Positions 38,286-48,937 of a stretch of 64,000 nt of DNA are shown here, piece after piece. The position numbers and the translations under genes are program-made. The stretch's first letter is position 1. The number at the start of each line of letters is the position of its first letter. Source of the stretch: Escherichia phage vB_EcoM_KWBSE43-6; the sequence record NC_048186.1; one strand, given 5' to 3'. Below the pieces are notes generated by a model, which searched no databases, was not told where the DNA came from, and was given only the letters and a program-made list of their open reading frames with translations.

Positions 38286-39479
38286 ATGGACGCCAAAATC
38301 TACCAGATCCCGCTGGACAATGTCGTCATTGCGCAGGAACGCCTGCAAAAATTAGAGCGCACGGCAAATCGACTGGGGCTGGTATTCCCGACGGTGACCA
38401 TCAGTGAACCATACAGAACCCAACACAAAGATTCTACGTCTGGTGAAATTTTCTATCGTTGGTGGCGGGACATTTCTCTTGAAGGTGAAGGCATTGACCG
38501 CCCGGTTTCATACGGCGGCTGGTCTATCATCGGACAGTTCAATCATCAATATCCAAAGGTCATTCTCAACAAACTGACTGACGACATCGTCCCGCATTTC
38601 ATTCAACGATTCGAGGCAGAGAACGTATCGTGGTGTGAGCATTGCAATAAATCAGTTCGCCGCAATAACACATATGTGGTTCGTAATGAAACCAGCGGAG
38701 CGCAAATGCTCGTCGGTAGCAGCTGCATGCACCATTACGTGCCTCACCAGAAGTCCCTGGATGCCGTAATGGGTTATTACCTGTCCATTCACGAGCTGTT
38801 TAATAACCAGGACGAGGACGGCATCTATGGCGGCGGTACTCCGACGACTGTCGACACCCGGAATTATTTGCGTTTGGTATTCCAGATTTTGTTGACAGGG
38901 GTAGACATCAAATCAGATGTGTATTCAATCGTCATGTCATGCTTCAATGAAGGACAGCCGCCGAAAGACAGATCATCTTTGGCTTGGGATATCTACCACA
39001 AAGCGAAAGAATTTTATTTCGATGCCCTGAGCGAAATGGATCATATGATGGGATTTATTGCATCACTTCCACAGAATAACGATTTCAATGTCAGATTGAC
39101 TCGTATGTGTGAGGCCGGGTATCACCTTATCAAGGATTCCACGACCGTCCGCTGGGGTGCCGTCAAATATTATGAATTTTTACACAAGGGCAACGCACGG
39201 CTGAACAAAATTCAAACCAATTGGGTCGGGGAAATCGGGGAGATGATTGAGAAGACCGTCACCTGCGTTGACCGCAAGTTCCTCTACAGCGGGGATTGGG
39301 GTGATTCCTATCTGTATATCTTCAAAACCGAAGATGGTAGTACGATTACATGGAAGACATCCTATATTGATGCGGATCTGGAAGGACAGATGGTTATCCG
39401 GGGCCGGGTGAAAGAACTGACTGAGTATGAAGATGTCAAACAGACTCAGATTACCAGAGCAAAGTTGAGGACGTTATGA
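38286..39479 (+). CDS. Hypothetical protein (397 aa) with Cys/His cluster
   Basis: GAGGTGAAAG RBS; WCEHCNKS ... SSCMHHY cluster; no family recognised. Confidence 0.5.
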   Translation: MDAKIYQIPLDNVVIAQERLQKLERTANRLGLVFPTVTISEPYRTQHKDSTSGEIFYRWWRDISLEGEGIDRPVSYGGWSIIGQFNHQYPKVILNKLTDDIVPHFIQRFEAENVSWCEHCNKSVRRNNTYVVRNETSGAQMLVGSSCMHHYVPHQKSLDAVMGYYLSIHELFNNQDEDGIYGGGTPTTVDTRNYLRLVFQILLTGVDIKSDVYSIVMSCFNEGQPPKDRSSLAWDIYHKAKEFYFDALSEMDHMMGFIASLPQNNDFNVRLTRMCEAGYHLIKDSTTVRWGAVKYYEFLHKGNARLNKIQTNWVGEIGEMIEKTVTCVDRKFLYSGDWGDSYLYIFKTEDGSTITWKTSYIDADLEGQMVIRGRVKELTEYEDVKQTQITRAKLRTL

Positions 39480-39617
39480 CATTATTAGAAATGAATGCTG
39501 CGGTGTTAACCAAATTCATCGCAGGTGAACTCAAGATCGGACTCGCCATATTTGGTATCACTACCGTTGCCTTGGCCATATGGGTTCTGATCTATCTGAT
39601 AAAGAGGAAAGGTTGAT
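39477..39617 (+). CDS. Small single-TM membrane protein (46 aa)
   Basis: Short ORF below track cutoff; hydrophobic core GLAIFGITTVALAIWVLIYLI followed by KRKG. Confidence 0.3.
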
Positions 39618-39828
39618 GGAATGTTCATGTGGAGGGCAGGGGACGAGTTCTTACACCCGTTACCCCACTGTGAAGGAAGCCGAAGCTGCTGGATTCCGCG
39701 TAGAAAAGGCTCCCTGTGTAATCGCCTTGAAAGACTGTCCGGTCTGTAAGAGGCACTCTCAGGACGTCTGGTATGAGCCAGGCGCTCAACCAAAGACAGT
39801 CAATTTGCTGTCCATGATGGGGAAATAA
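39616..39828 (+). CDS. Small Cys-rich protein (CSCGG ... CPVC)
   Basis: About 70 aa; start at ATG 39616 (MECSCGG). Confidence 0.35.
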   Translation: MECSCGGQGTSSYTRYPTVKEAEAAGFRVEKAPCVIALKDCPVCKRHSQDVWYEPGAQPKTVNLLSMMGK

Positions 39829-39829
39829 A

Positions 39830-40018
39830 ATGAAAGACGTTACTGATGACCAATTGAAGGAGATGTGGCGGCAAACTCAAATTATCGCTCACAAGAAAAT
39901 GAAAACTATCCGAGCGCTCGAAAATGAACTCGGGGAACTTACCAAGGACTCTACTAATTTAGAGGTCGAATTAATCAAGCGCGGTTATGTTGTCAAGCGC
40001 CGTTTTTGGGAATACTGA
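39830..40018 (+). CDS. Hypothetical small protein
   Basis: 62 aa ORF. Confidence 0.3.
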   Translation: MKDVTDDQLKEMWRQTQIIAHKKMKTIRALENELGELTKDSTNLEVELIKRGYVVKRRFWEY

Positions 40019-40020
40019 TA

Positions 40021-40361
40021 TGGCAACTCTCGTAGAAACATTATTTCCTGGCTGCATCATTGGCCGTGGGTGTTCTGAGGCCAGCGGCTTGGAAGCAGAC
40101 GTAGAACCGAAGAACTGTATCATCATTGATAAGTTCCATGACAATCATTATCCTCTGAATCATCGCCGTGATCATTACCTGGTTTCGGTCAATGGTTGCC
40201 TTGTATCCTTGCGTATTTGCCAGGCAATGGATAGTTCCGGGTATGGTGCATTTGCCTATATCCATGATGTGTCTAACGGCGTGTTTGGTCAGGAAACCCT
40301 GATCGAAAAATTCAAAGGATGGAAAGAATCGTTCACTTCTTGTGAACCACCGAAAGAATAA
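40021..40361 (+). CDS. Hypothetical protein
   Basis: ORF starting MATLVETLFPGC. Confidence 0.35.
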
Positions 40362-40416
40362 TCTATTTCAGTCTTTGGGGTTATAATTGGATTACAAATA
40401 ACCCCGGAGACTCAAG

Positions 40417-41838
40417 ATGATTCCTCTGTTAGAAGCAATTCACACTCTTCGTGAGACCAAAGGCACCAATGCCAAGAAAGAAGTCCTGACACAAATTTTG
40501 AAAGAAAATCCGGACATGGTCGATTTTCTTCAGTATGTGTATGACCCACTTCTTTCTTATTATCGTACAAAGTTTTTACCGAATGCGTTCCCTCGTATGC
40601 TGTCGCGCGGCGTCGTCGGTAGCTGGGATCAGGTGTACGATGTTCTCGACCAGATGAGCGAACGTACCCTCAGCGGGCAGAAAGCCGATCATGAATTATC
40701 GAAAGCGGCGACCAATATTCACCCGGATTACCACGAACTCATCCAGATGATCCTGGACAGGGACATTAAAGCCGGTATTGCTGAAAAGGGAATCAATGCG
40801 GCATTCAACGCAGCGGGCGGGACCGGGCGGCTGATCAACGTACTTCCCTATCATCGTTATGACAACATGACGATTGACCTGCTGAAGAAGATGGACTTCC
40901 GGCGCGGGGTTTACAGTCAGCTGAAATCAGACGGCATGTTTGCCAACATCATCTGCCGACACGGAAAAGAACCCGAAATTCGTTCCCGCTCCGGTTCTCT
41001 TATTGCTGGCGGCTCAGTGGACAACCTATCCCTGGTGTTTAAGGATATCATCTATGATGCTGGAGTTGGCGAGAGCGTGTTCCACGGGGAACTCTTGGTA
41101 GTAGACCTCAAACAAAATACCATCCTGCCTCGTGCTGTCGGCAACGGTAAACTCAACAGCGTGATCCAGACGGGGGAACCTTTACCGGAACAATTCCAGG
41201 TTATCTACCGGGTATGGGATATCGTTCCGTATGAAAAATGGTTCAATGCCGAGCGTGTTGATATCCCATATGAAGCCCGTTACAACATCATCTCCCAAAT
41301 GTTTGACGATGATGGCCTGGTGCAAGTCCAGGAAACCCGTGTTGTTCATTCGTTTGCAGAAGCGGTCGAGCATTTCAAAGACGCGCTATCCCGTAAAGAA
41401 GAAGGCACGATCTGTAAGGCAGCAGATATGCCTTGGGAAGATGGCACAAGTAGCCAAGGTCTCAAACTCAAAATGGAAATTGAGTGTGATCTGGAGATTA
41501 TCGGATTTAATCCCGCTGACGCCAAAGGTAAGCATTCCAAGACGTTTGGGTCGCTACTTTGTAAGACCTCCGATAGTTTACTCATCGTTGGCGTCTCGGG
41601 GATCTCAGATGACCTCAGGAAGTATATGTGGGAACACCAAGACGAGTTCCTGGGTAAGATCGCCGCCGTCCTCTCCAATGGCGTACAGGACAAAACGGAT
41701 GATTCTTTGAAATCATTGTTCCTACCCCGGCTGGTTGAAGTTCGTATTGACAAGAAAGTTGCTAATACGCTCGATGAAGTCTATGAGATTCAAAAAGCGT
41801 ATGTTGAAAACATTCTGGTTCTATTAGAGGCCGCATAA
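40417..41838 (+). CDS. ATP-dependent DNA ligase (T4 gp30-like)
   Basis: 473 aa; N-terminus parallels T4 ligase (MILKILNEIASIGSTKQKQAIL); adenylation motif I QLKSDGMF (KxDG). Confidence 0.8.
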   Translation: MIPLLEAIHTLRETKGTNAKKEVLTQILKENPDMVDFLQYVYDPLLSYYRTKFLPNAFPRMLSRGVVGSWDQVYDVLDQMSERTLSGQKADHELSKAATNIHPDYHELIQMILDRDIKAGIAEKGINAAFNAAGGTGRLINVLPYHRYDNMTIDLLKKMDFRRGVYSQLKSDGMFANIICRHGKEPEIRSRSGSLIAGGSVDNLSLVFKDIIYDAGVGESVFHGELLVVDLKQNTILPRAVGNGKLNSVIQTGEPLPEQFQVIYRVWDIVPYEKWFNAERVDIPYEARYNIISQMFDDDGLVQVQETRVVHSFAEAVEHFKDALSRKEEGTICKAADMPWEDGTSSQGLKLKMEIECDLEIIGFNPADAKGKHSKTFGSLLCKTSDSLLIVGVSGISDDLRKYMWEHQDEFLGKIAAVLSNGVQDKTDDSLKSLFLPRLVEVRIDKKVANTLDEVYEIQKAYVENILVLLEAA

Positions 41839-41839
41839 A

Positions 41840-42097
41840 ATGGATACGCTATTCACCCTGATGTGTACAATGACTTTCGCGCTGTCCCTGGTTATCAGCT
41901 CGTTGTGTGCCCTGCTGGTGTGGATAGCGTTCCCTGACATCGCACGTTACAAATTTCTCATGTTCGTAGCGATCGTTATCATGAGTTTTATTTTAACAAT
42001 TCACTATGCCAAACAGGATTATAATCCTGACAAACGTTATGCGTCATTGGCGGAGAGATATCATGGCTTCGAATTTAAAGACATTATCAGAAAATGA
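41840..42097 (+). CDS. Small membrane protein
   Basis: Two hydrophobic helices. Confidence 0.4.
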   Translation: MDTLFTLMCTMTFALSLVISSLCALLVWIAFPDIARYKFLMFVAIVIMSFILTIHYAKQDYNPDKRYASLAERYHGFEFKDIIRK

Positions 42098-42323
42098 TTC
42101 TGAATATTTGCGTCGAGTTGTCTTGGAACTGGGCGTGAACTATAGCGGAATGGCCAGATTATTAGATTGTTCGAACGCAGTCGGATTCTGGAAGAAAGGT
42201 TATCGTCGGATACCCAAAGCATTCCGCCGGGCGATCTTGATGCTGAAATTTATCAATCAAAAAGGACTCATGTCTGAGTTCTTGAGATATGTGGGTGAAC
42301 AGGAGAAACAAAATGGTAACTGA
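42063..42323 (+). CDS. Hypothetical protein
   Basis: ORF starting MASNLKTLSE. Confidence 0.3.
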   Translation: MASNLKTLSENDSEYLRRVVLELGVNYSGMARLLDCSNAVGFWKKGYRRIPKAFRRAILMLKFINQKGLMSEFLRYVGEQEKQNGN

Positions 42324-42975
42324 ATGGGAAAAGATGGAATATGAACGGGCGTTTAACGTTTATTGTATCTTTATGGCCATCAAACTCCATTTCACGACCA
42401 AGGATTATGATTACGGCCTCTATGGCCCGATGAGCAATTACAAATTCGAAACATTCTTTGCCAAAGAAGGTATGCGGAAACAGTTTGCTCGATTGGCCCG
42501 GCGGTTTGAGACTTCTCAAGGCGAAGTTGTTGAGAATTATATCATTGCAAATTTCATAAAGTCCCCCAAGACCTGGGTGACCACATTGTTGACTCGGCAG
42601 GCACAAGAGAATTATAACGAATACCGGAAGCTGTATGACAACTTCACATACCACTTCCTTGACTTTTTTGAAAAGAATATGATTCCGGAAATTACCGGAC
42701 GCGGTCTCACGTTCTTGGATTATCTTAAAGGCGCCGGACAGAATCATCCGGCGCTATTGACCGATATCATTATGAAAAAATATCCGATTTGGTTTCTGGT
42801 CGGACTAAACAAAATAACCGGGTTCATCGCATTTTACGATAAATTGTTGGAAGAAGACATTTATTGGAATTCAGAAGCGTTCTTGCTGAAGAAGACTGAT
42901 GCGGTTGTCCCTAACGAGAATACCGATTACGCCAAAAATAAATTCCGTGAGATGATCCTTTCCCACGGAATTTGA
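42314..42975 (+). CDS. Hypothetical protein
   Basis: About 220 aa, aromatic-rich; no confident family. Confidence 0.4.
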
Positions 42976-42977
42976 TA

Positions 42978-44921
42978 TTACCAATCCCAAAGAATACGGG
43001 ATTTATCAGTTTGGTTCGACGGTTCCAAATTCGTGCTGTTGAAATTGTTCGTCGTGTTGACCTTTTTGGAGTTATCGACATTCTGCTGAATAGGGGCTAT
43101 TACAGAAGTCGGCGGCTGGCTATACACCGATTGTATTTTACCGATGTTATCAGCCGCCCGGCCTTGCGTCGGTAATGCCCCTCCCAAAGTCCCACCACCG
43201 ATTGAGCCATAAGCATCTTTCAGCTGAGCATTACGGTCAGTTACATTAGCCGCATCAGACGTTACACCCTGAGGGATAGGCGTAAGTGTCTGAGCGTCTT
43301 GGTTCAGACCTTCAGTCGCAGGCTGCTGGTCGGATTGTGGAGCAGGAGAATTAGTTGGTTCTTCCGTTCCAATCATCATAGACTGACGGGCTTCTGCCAT
43401 TTTCTGTCTTGCTGTTTCGCCGCCCAATGCGTCAGGGATAATGCTGACAAATTTATCAACGATATCAAACATGGCATTGACGATGGCATTAATCATGTTG
43501 AAAAACGGCTTTTTGACATTCTCAGAGAATCCTTTCTTGATGCTGTCCAGCGTTTTACTCGCGGCTGCAATCCCGTCATCAATAAACGAACTGATACCAC
43601 CAGTGACCCAATCCACCAGTTTCATAAGTTCGCTCTGAAGATTGTCCGCCAGCTTACCGGGGATCTCAGTCAATGATGTGTTCCTGGTTATCCCACCAAA
43701 CAGATCATTAGATATCCAATCCATGATAGAGTTCAGCCATTGGGCAGGTTTCTCAGATATCCAGAGAGTAAACTGTCGGAACTTTTTACCCATGTCTGTG
43801 TCAAATCCGAATATTTTGGACACCCAATCGAATAGATCGCCAAAACTACCGACTAATTCTGTTATCCCAGCCCGCACCCGGTCTACAATGGTCACGGATG
43901 CTTTCCCTAAAATCTCTTTGGCGTTGATGAATCCTTTACCGAATTCAAATACAGAAGAGATTAATGCCAGCGGGCCGACCTTTAAGAATTTCAAAACTTT
44001 ACCGAACGGACCCAGGAGCTTAACGATCCCCTCTCCCATCTTAGAGAACATACCGATGAATGCACCCACAGCCCAACCGATTGCCTTGAAAGGTTTAAGG
44101 AGAAACCCTTTGAGGGCATTGAGGCCTAACATCGCTGCTATGGCAGCACCTATTCCGGATGAGTTCTCGTCTTTCTGGTCATCATCTTTAGGAATGATGG
44201 AAGTCGCCTGAGGAGTATGTTTCCCTTCTTTCCCTTCCTCGCCCCGGCGCATCTCTTCCTTTTCACGCCATTTCTCGTTGCTGTCGAAAATACGGACAAG
44301 AGCATTAACGATATGGCCACCAGTCTTGCCTATTTTCTTCTCAATGGAAGATAACCGGACCAGTTGTTCTGAAGAGTTCTTGTCGATACCTTCTGTATTC
44401 CATCTGACTTCGTCCAGAGTGTCACCAATACGATTTAAATCCGAACTGATGCCGACAAGAGTTCCTTCCTGATTGTCCAACCGCTTGAGGCTGTCATCAT
44501 TGGCTGCTTTCAACTGATCTGATATCAGGTTCAAATATTCAGTATTGGTATCATCAGCGGGCTGGCGGATAAGGTCCCCAAGACGGTCAACCTTCTCGCC
44601 GATTTTCATCAACTCTTCGTTACCATCAACAGCAACATCAACGGTATCTTTCATCCAAATACCATAATCTCGAGTGAATATTGGACTCACTCGAGCGAAG
44701 CCATTGACGAAGTCGTTGACCGAAGGAATTTTGAACTGAAATTCTGGAACATCTTTCTGCTTTTCGGCAGTCTGTAGTTTTTCCAGATTTTTGTTCATCT
44801 TCACCAGCTGCTTGTTGGTCTCATTTTGAGCGCGGAGTTGTTTCCTCTCCATGATCTCTTTCTTGATCTTGTCAAGAACTTGAGCAACTTCAGTCTGTGA
44901 TGTTTGTGCTGGCTCAGCCAT
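42978..44921 (-). CDS. Tail tape-measure-like / baseplate hub protein (T4 gp29-like)
   Basis: 647 aa; N-terminal coiled coil; central Gly/Ala-rich hydrophobic segment GIGAAIAAMLGLNALKGF typical of tape-measure proteins. Confidence 0.45.
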   Translation of the reverse strand: MAEPAQTSQTEVAQVLDKIKKEIMERKQLRAQNETNKQLVKMNKNLEKLQTAEKQKDVPEFQFKIPSVNDFVNGFARVSPIFTRDYGIWMKDTVDVAVDGNEELMKIGEKVDRLGDLIRQPADDTNTEYLNLISDQLKAANDDSLKRLDNQEGTLVGISSDLNRIGDTLDEVRWNTEGIDKNSSEQLVRLSSIEKKIGKTGGHIVNALVRIFDSNEKWREKEEMRRGEEGKEGKHTPQATSIIPKDDDQKDENSSGIGAAIAAMLGLNALKGFLLKPFKAIGWAVGAFIGMFSKMGEGIVKLLGPFGKVLKFLKVGPLALISSVFEFGKGFINAKEILGKASVTIVDRVRAGITELVGSFGDLFDWVSKIFGFDTDMGKKFRQFTLWISEKPAQWLNSIMDWISNDLFGGITRNTSLTEIPGKLADNLQSELMKLVDWVTGGISSFIDDGIAAASKTLDSIKKGFSENVKKPFFNMINAIVNAMFDIVDKFVSIIPDALGGETARQKMAEARQSMMIGTEEPTNSPAPQSDQQPATEGLNQDAQTLTPIPQGVTSDAANVTDRNAQLKDAYGSIGGGTLGGALPTQGRAADNIGKIQSVYSQPPTSVIAPIQQNVDNSKKVNTTNNFNSTNLEPSNQTDKSRILWDW

Positions 44922-44931
44922 GGCTCACCTC

Positions 44932-46320
44932 TTACACCTTCTGTGATTGTCCTTTGTCAACAGGGACTGGCGTCGGTTGAGATGCAACAGCCTGATTTGT
45001 CTGAGGAGGCAGAACCTTCTCAATCATGCTGTCTTTAGCGATCTCAGCAACACATTGATAATCGTTAGTCAGGCGTGAAATTTTATGACGAATTTTCGTT
45101 ATGATATAATGGCCTGATGATAACTTACTTAACTCGGCCAGGTTTTCATTTTGTTTCGGTCTGTTTGACAGATCTTCGATATAATACACCTGACCAACAT
45201 TCAGACGATTGTCACCAACCAAAAGCAAACGCATGACCGTAGATGCCAGACTGAATTTGATGACACGTTTTGCATAATCCACCTGCTCAGCACCATCTGG
45301 TTGCGCTTCAAGATAACGAACGTTCTCACGATTAAATTCGTCAGAGAATAACGGGTATGGATCCAGATGCGCTGTGTCAGCAAACCATTCGGTGTACACA
45401 CGAGAAGTAGGCGTAACCGTTTTGGTTCTGAAATCATACACCCTTTCGTCTACAGCCAGGACATCATGATAATTCGCCATGAATTGGTCACGGGCCAATT
45501 TCTTTTCCGCTTTGATTATCGTCCTCATGAAACGCTCAGAGTTGAAGTTGTTGTTTTGCAGCAACGGGGCGTCCTGTGGATCACGGAAGAATTTCTTTTC
45601 AAGAGCGGCTTCTTGTTTTTCTTCAGCCGTCATAGTCTGATCACCTTGGTTGAACAAAGTAGTCAGACTTTTGAAATGATATCCTGTGAAATCTTCGTAG
45701 AAAACAAAGGGCATGAATATTTCATCATAAGACCGCCGGGCCATGTAATCAATGCTCTTGAGTACAGGCCAAAGCGGTGTCGCGAATCGTTCTTGGATAC
45801 CATAAGTTGGATCTATGTCTTCAAATTTAGTGCGCGATTCGAGCATTTCAAATATCTTTGCCGCCATATCGGAATATGACCCTTGGAGACCAACCGATTT
45901 ACGCAGCATGCTATCTTTATATGCATCAGTAGTGACCAGGTGCAGCCAGAACGCTTTCTTGGCTGAAGAATTTGACTCATCAGCAACACGCCCAACCCGG
46001 CTGACCCGGAACGATAATGCGGTGTAATCTGTAGCCGCCGGGGATTTAAATGAAATCACGACTTCTTCTCCACCAAGGATAGGCATCGTGTCCAGAATAT
46101 CCCAGCCTTCTTTGATCAACACATTGGCTGTCAATGATGGTGAAACATTCTCTTCCAAACCCAAATCTTGATATATATTGAATTCTTGGAATAATGAAGT
46201 CAGATCATATGGCGTTGGGGTTCCTCCTTCCGGTGTATGAGGAAGGATGGCCATATATTTCAAATCAAACGTCGTGGACGGGGTTAAAATACCGTCTTGT
46301 GACTCTTTGTTCTCAATCAT
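44932..46320 (-). CDS. Putative baseplate hub structural protein
   Basis: 462 aa ORF in structural operon between gp19-family gene and tape-measure-like gene; no motif-level assignment. Confidence 0.4.
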   Translation of the reverse strand: MIENKESQDGILTPSTTFDLKYMAILPHTPEGGTPTPYDLTSLFQEFNIYQDLGLEENVSPSLTANVLIKEGWDILDTMPILGGEEVVISFKSPAATDYTALSFRVSRVGRVADESNSSAKKAFWLHLVTTDAYKDSMLRKSVGLQGSYSDMAAKIFEMLESRTKFEDIDPTYGIQERFATPLWPVLKSIDYMARRSYDEIFMPFVFYEDFTGYHFKSLTTLFNQGDQTMTAEEKQEAALEKKFFRDPQDAPLLQNNNFNSERFMRTIIKAEKKLARDQFMANYHDVLAVDERVYDFRTKTVTPTSRVYTEWFADTAHLDPYPLFSDEFNRENVRYLEAQPDGAEQVDYAKRVIKFSLASTVMRLLLVGDNRLNVGQVYYIEDLSNRPKQNENLAELSKLSSGHYIITKIRHKISRLTNDYQCVAEIAKDSMIEKVLPPQTNQAVASQPTPVPVDKGQSQKV

Positions 46321-46874
46321 TTACTCAGCTCCTGTTCCAGCTGGCTGACAAACATGGAAACATAATCAGGATCAAGGACTTGAATTGCACGTTTCGCCTG
46401 GTTTTTGTTGATGGCATCATCGTGGTATGATATCCCGGTCAAACCATAATTTGCAATGATTTGGGAATCATCCATACCGTCCAGACCGTAAGCCATACGG
46501 ATAGCTCTGGCATCTGTTTCATGCCCAAACTGATCTACATAGTATTTGATATCCCACATACCATCCAAACCGTATTGAGCGATCAATTCTTCAACGATCC
46601 GTTGTTCTGGTTTTGGCCAGTCGTTATTGATATCCATTATGCTGTTGATCATACATGGTATCCAAAACAGCTCGAAGGAGCCATAGACACGCTCTGCAAA
46701 GGACCTTGGGGTTTCCCCATCATAAATGTTATACGGCAGGAGAAGCCCTTCGATGTCCTTAATCTTCTGTATAATCATCACACGGTGCGATAGGTTCTGC
46801 AATAGAACCTGATCATCCTGCTGACAATCAATTAGCTGATGCCAGACGAGGGGGAATTTCTCAAAGAATTTCAT
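46317..46874 (-). CDS. Hypothetical structural-operon protein
   Basis: 185 aa ORF coupled to flanking genes by overlapping stop/start. Confidence 0.4.
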   Translation of the reverse strand: MKFFEKFPLVWHQLIDCQQDDQVLLQNLSHRVMIIQKIKDIEGLLLPYNIYDGETPRSFAERVYGSFELFWIPCMINSIMDINNDWPKPEQRIVEELIAQYGLDGMWDIKYYVDQFGHETDARAIRMAYGLDGMDDSQIIANYGLTGISYHDDAINKNQAKRAIQVLDPDYVSMFVSQLEQELSK

Positions 46875-46888
46875 AATCGTCTCCTGGA

Positions 46889-47857
46889 TTAGAAGCTGTC
46901 GCCTTCGGTATCAAAGCGGCCTTTGTGCAGAGGTTCCAGTTCGATAAATGTCATGTCAATTTGGGTAGACACAATGCTATCATCTTTGTGGACTGCATAC
47001 GACGAATCCGGGGTTTCGTTGACGAACATGTTTGACAGAACGCATGTCGAAATCCGGTGCAACCATTTGTTGCGTTCACCTTGCACCATGAATGTAATAT
47101 CAAATGTCGACGGGTGCAGGTAAAACGCGCTGGAGTTCTTGTTGTATTTGTATTCAGGATACATATGCATCTTGAACAGACGAATGATCTCCCTGACCAT
47201 TTTGGCTTCTTTCTGGGAGCGCGGCGTGAATTTGAAAGTGAATGGGATTTCACGGTTTCGCACTCCCTGGAAGATCATTTCCACGTATGGATTCGTCATA
47301 GTGCCGGTGAACAACTCCAGAGTGTCATGAGCGTTAATCGTCGGCAGGAACGGGATAGACTCTGAAGCCGATTGGATAGCCTTCGTCGCCGCAAACCGAC
47401 CCATTTCCTTACCAACATTGAGAGCATCACCAAGTTTGAACTGGCTCATATCCTGGGCAGCGCGGGAAAGGAATTGGGCACCCATACCAGCGAGACCCAA
47501 CTCAGAGCCGTTCCAGCCAACACCATAGTTGGTAGTGATGGATTCGGGCATACACAGGACAATGGACTCGTTAGAACGCACGTGACGCGCCCAGGCATAT
47601 TTGCTGATGGACCCTGATTTGGTACCATACACAACAGGGGTATTACCCAGCGGGTTCTGGATAGGGTTCTGAACCGTCTGTGTTGCGGTGCTTCCATAAG
47701 AAGAACCAGAGATCCTGTTGATGTTGAACAGAACATAATGGCCAAGGGTTTTACCCCCGGTGATATCCAGCGGATAGACCAATTGTTTCTGGGCCTGTGT
47801 CAAGCCTTTGGTGTTCAGAACTTTGATCTTATCCAGGGTAGACTTGAAATTCGCCAT
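46889..47857 (-). CDS. Baseplate/tail-tube junction protein, gp19 tube family (gp48/gp54-like paralogue)
   Basis: 322 aa; HYVLFNINRI and IPFTFKFTP ... IDMTFIELEP blocks resemble the tail-tube fold; second paralogue of 27312..28259. Confidence 0.45.
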   Translation of the reverse strand: MANFKSTLDKIKVLNTKGLTQAQKQLVYPLDITGGKTLGHYVLFNINRISGSSYGSTATQTVQNPIQNPLGNTPVVYGTKSGSISKYAWARHVRSNESIVLCMPESITTNYGVGWNGSELGLAGMGAQFLSRAAQDMSQFKLGDALNVGKEMGRFAATKAIQSASESIPFLPTINAHDTLELFTGTMTNPYVEMIFQGVRNREIPFTFKFTPRSQKEAKMVREIIRLFKMHMYPEYKYNKNSSAFYLHPSTFDITFMVQGERNKWLHRISTCVLSNMFVNETPDSSYAVHKDDSIVSTQIDMTFIELEPLHKGRFDTEGDSF

Positions 47858-47910
47858 GGTCTTCAGCCCTTAATTAGAAATAGAATGTTGACACTATTTA
47901 GGACTCAATT

Positions 47911-48528
47911 ATGGCTATGTATCTTCAGGGGAAATATGCCCCCGTAAATCCCAAGAAATACAAAGGTGACATTCATAAAATTGTTTTCCGGTCTTCTCTA
48001 GAACTGGTGGCATTCAAATTTTGTGATACAAACCCGGCTATTGTCTATTGGTCATCCGAAGAAACTGTCATCCCTTATATTTCACCAGTTGATGGTCGAC
48101 CGCATCGCTATTTCATGGATTTGAAAGTATGGACCAGATCAGCCAATAGTGAAGAACTCAAGATCACGTTGATCGAAATTAAACCTAAAGATCAGATTAA
48201 AGAACCGAAGAAAACGAAGACAATGAAGGAATCAACCTTCAATAATTCTATGCGGACTTATCTGGTCAATCAGGCTAAATGGACAGCAACCCGAGAGCAT
48301 TGTGCAAAGATGGGATGGTCATTTATTATCTGGACAGAAGAGCACCTCGTTCCTGGGGAAGATCCTGATGTCAAGAAGCAATTTGCTCTCAGATCTAAAA
48401 TGAAAAGAGAAAAGGACATGCAAGACAAACGCAGGGAAGAAAATATCAGAGCATTGAAAGAACAAATGAAAAAGACCATCAAAGCGAATGAACCAAAAGA
48501 ACGCGATGATGGCCTTTTGCTACCTTAA
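47911..48528 (+). CDS. PD-(D/E)xK-fold protein (possible head-completion-type nuclease)
   Basis: 205 aa; YFMDLKVW ... LIEIKPK (D ... E-x-K); basic Lys-rich C-terminus. Confidence 0.4.
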   Translation: MAMYLQGKYAPVNPKKYKGDIHKIVFRSSLELVAFKFCDTNPAIVYWSSEETVIPYISPVDGRPHRYFMDLKVWTRSANSEELKITLIEIKPKDQIKEPKKTKTMKESTFNNSMRTYLVNQAKWTATREHCAKMGWSFIIWTEEHLVPGEDPDVKKQFALRSKMKREKDMQDKRREENIRALKEQMKKTIKANEPKERDDGLLLP

Positions 48529-48731
48529 CGTTTCCAAATCTCTACGATATCGCCGGGAGCAAGCACAGCAGACTTACGGATCTCTTCCACTTGGTACGAT
48601 GCGTGCTCTCGGCTGATAGCATAGATGTAAAAAGACATAGTGCGACCATCTGCATCAATATAGTTCACGTCAAACAATCGCCACTCACGACCTTCAACCT
48701 GAACTGTTAATGGCATATTAATCCCACTCAT
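48525..48731 (-). CDS. Hypothetical small protein
   Basis: 68 aa ORF. Confidence 0.35.
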   Translation of the reverse strand: MSGINMPLTVQVEGREWRLFDVNYIDADGRTMSFYIYAISREHASYQVEEIRKSAVLAPGDIVEIWKR

Positions 48732-48734
48732 ACG

Positions 48735-48935
48735 TTAGCTCCTGTCATGGCCGGGGGCAATGCATTTTTGTTTGTCTCGACTGATATACCAACCATCCTT
48801 CCGGGCTTCTTTAGCACATTCAGCATATGTCTCGCCAGCGTATGTCCAAGGCTTGTTGGTCCCAAATACTGGAGTTGCGTTCTCACACGCATAACAGTCG
48901 CAATACAATTCTAAGGAATATCCGGAAACAACCAT
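48735..48935 (-). CDS. Small Cys-rich protein (CDCYACE ... C ... C)
   Basis: 66 aa ORF. Confidence 0.35.
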   Translation of the reverse strand: MVVSGYSLELYCDCYACENATPVFGTNKPWTYAGETYAECAKEARKDGWYISRDKQKCIAPGHDRS

Positions 48936-48937
48936 AA

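Noticed and set aside
38286-39479. Considered as RNA ligase because of a KTEDG string
   Set aside because: The KxDG-like string is near the C-terminus rather than at the nucleotidyltransferase motif I position, with no accompanying motifs
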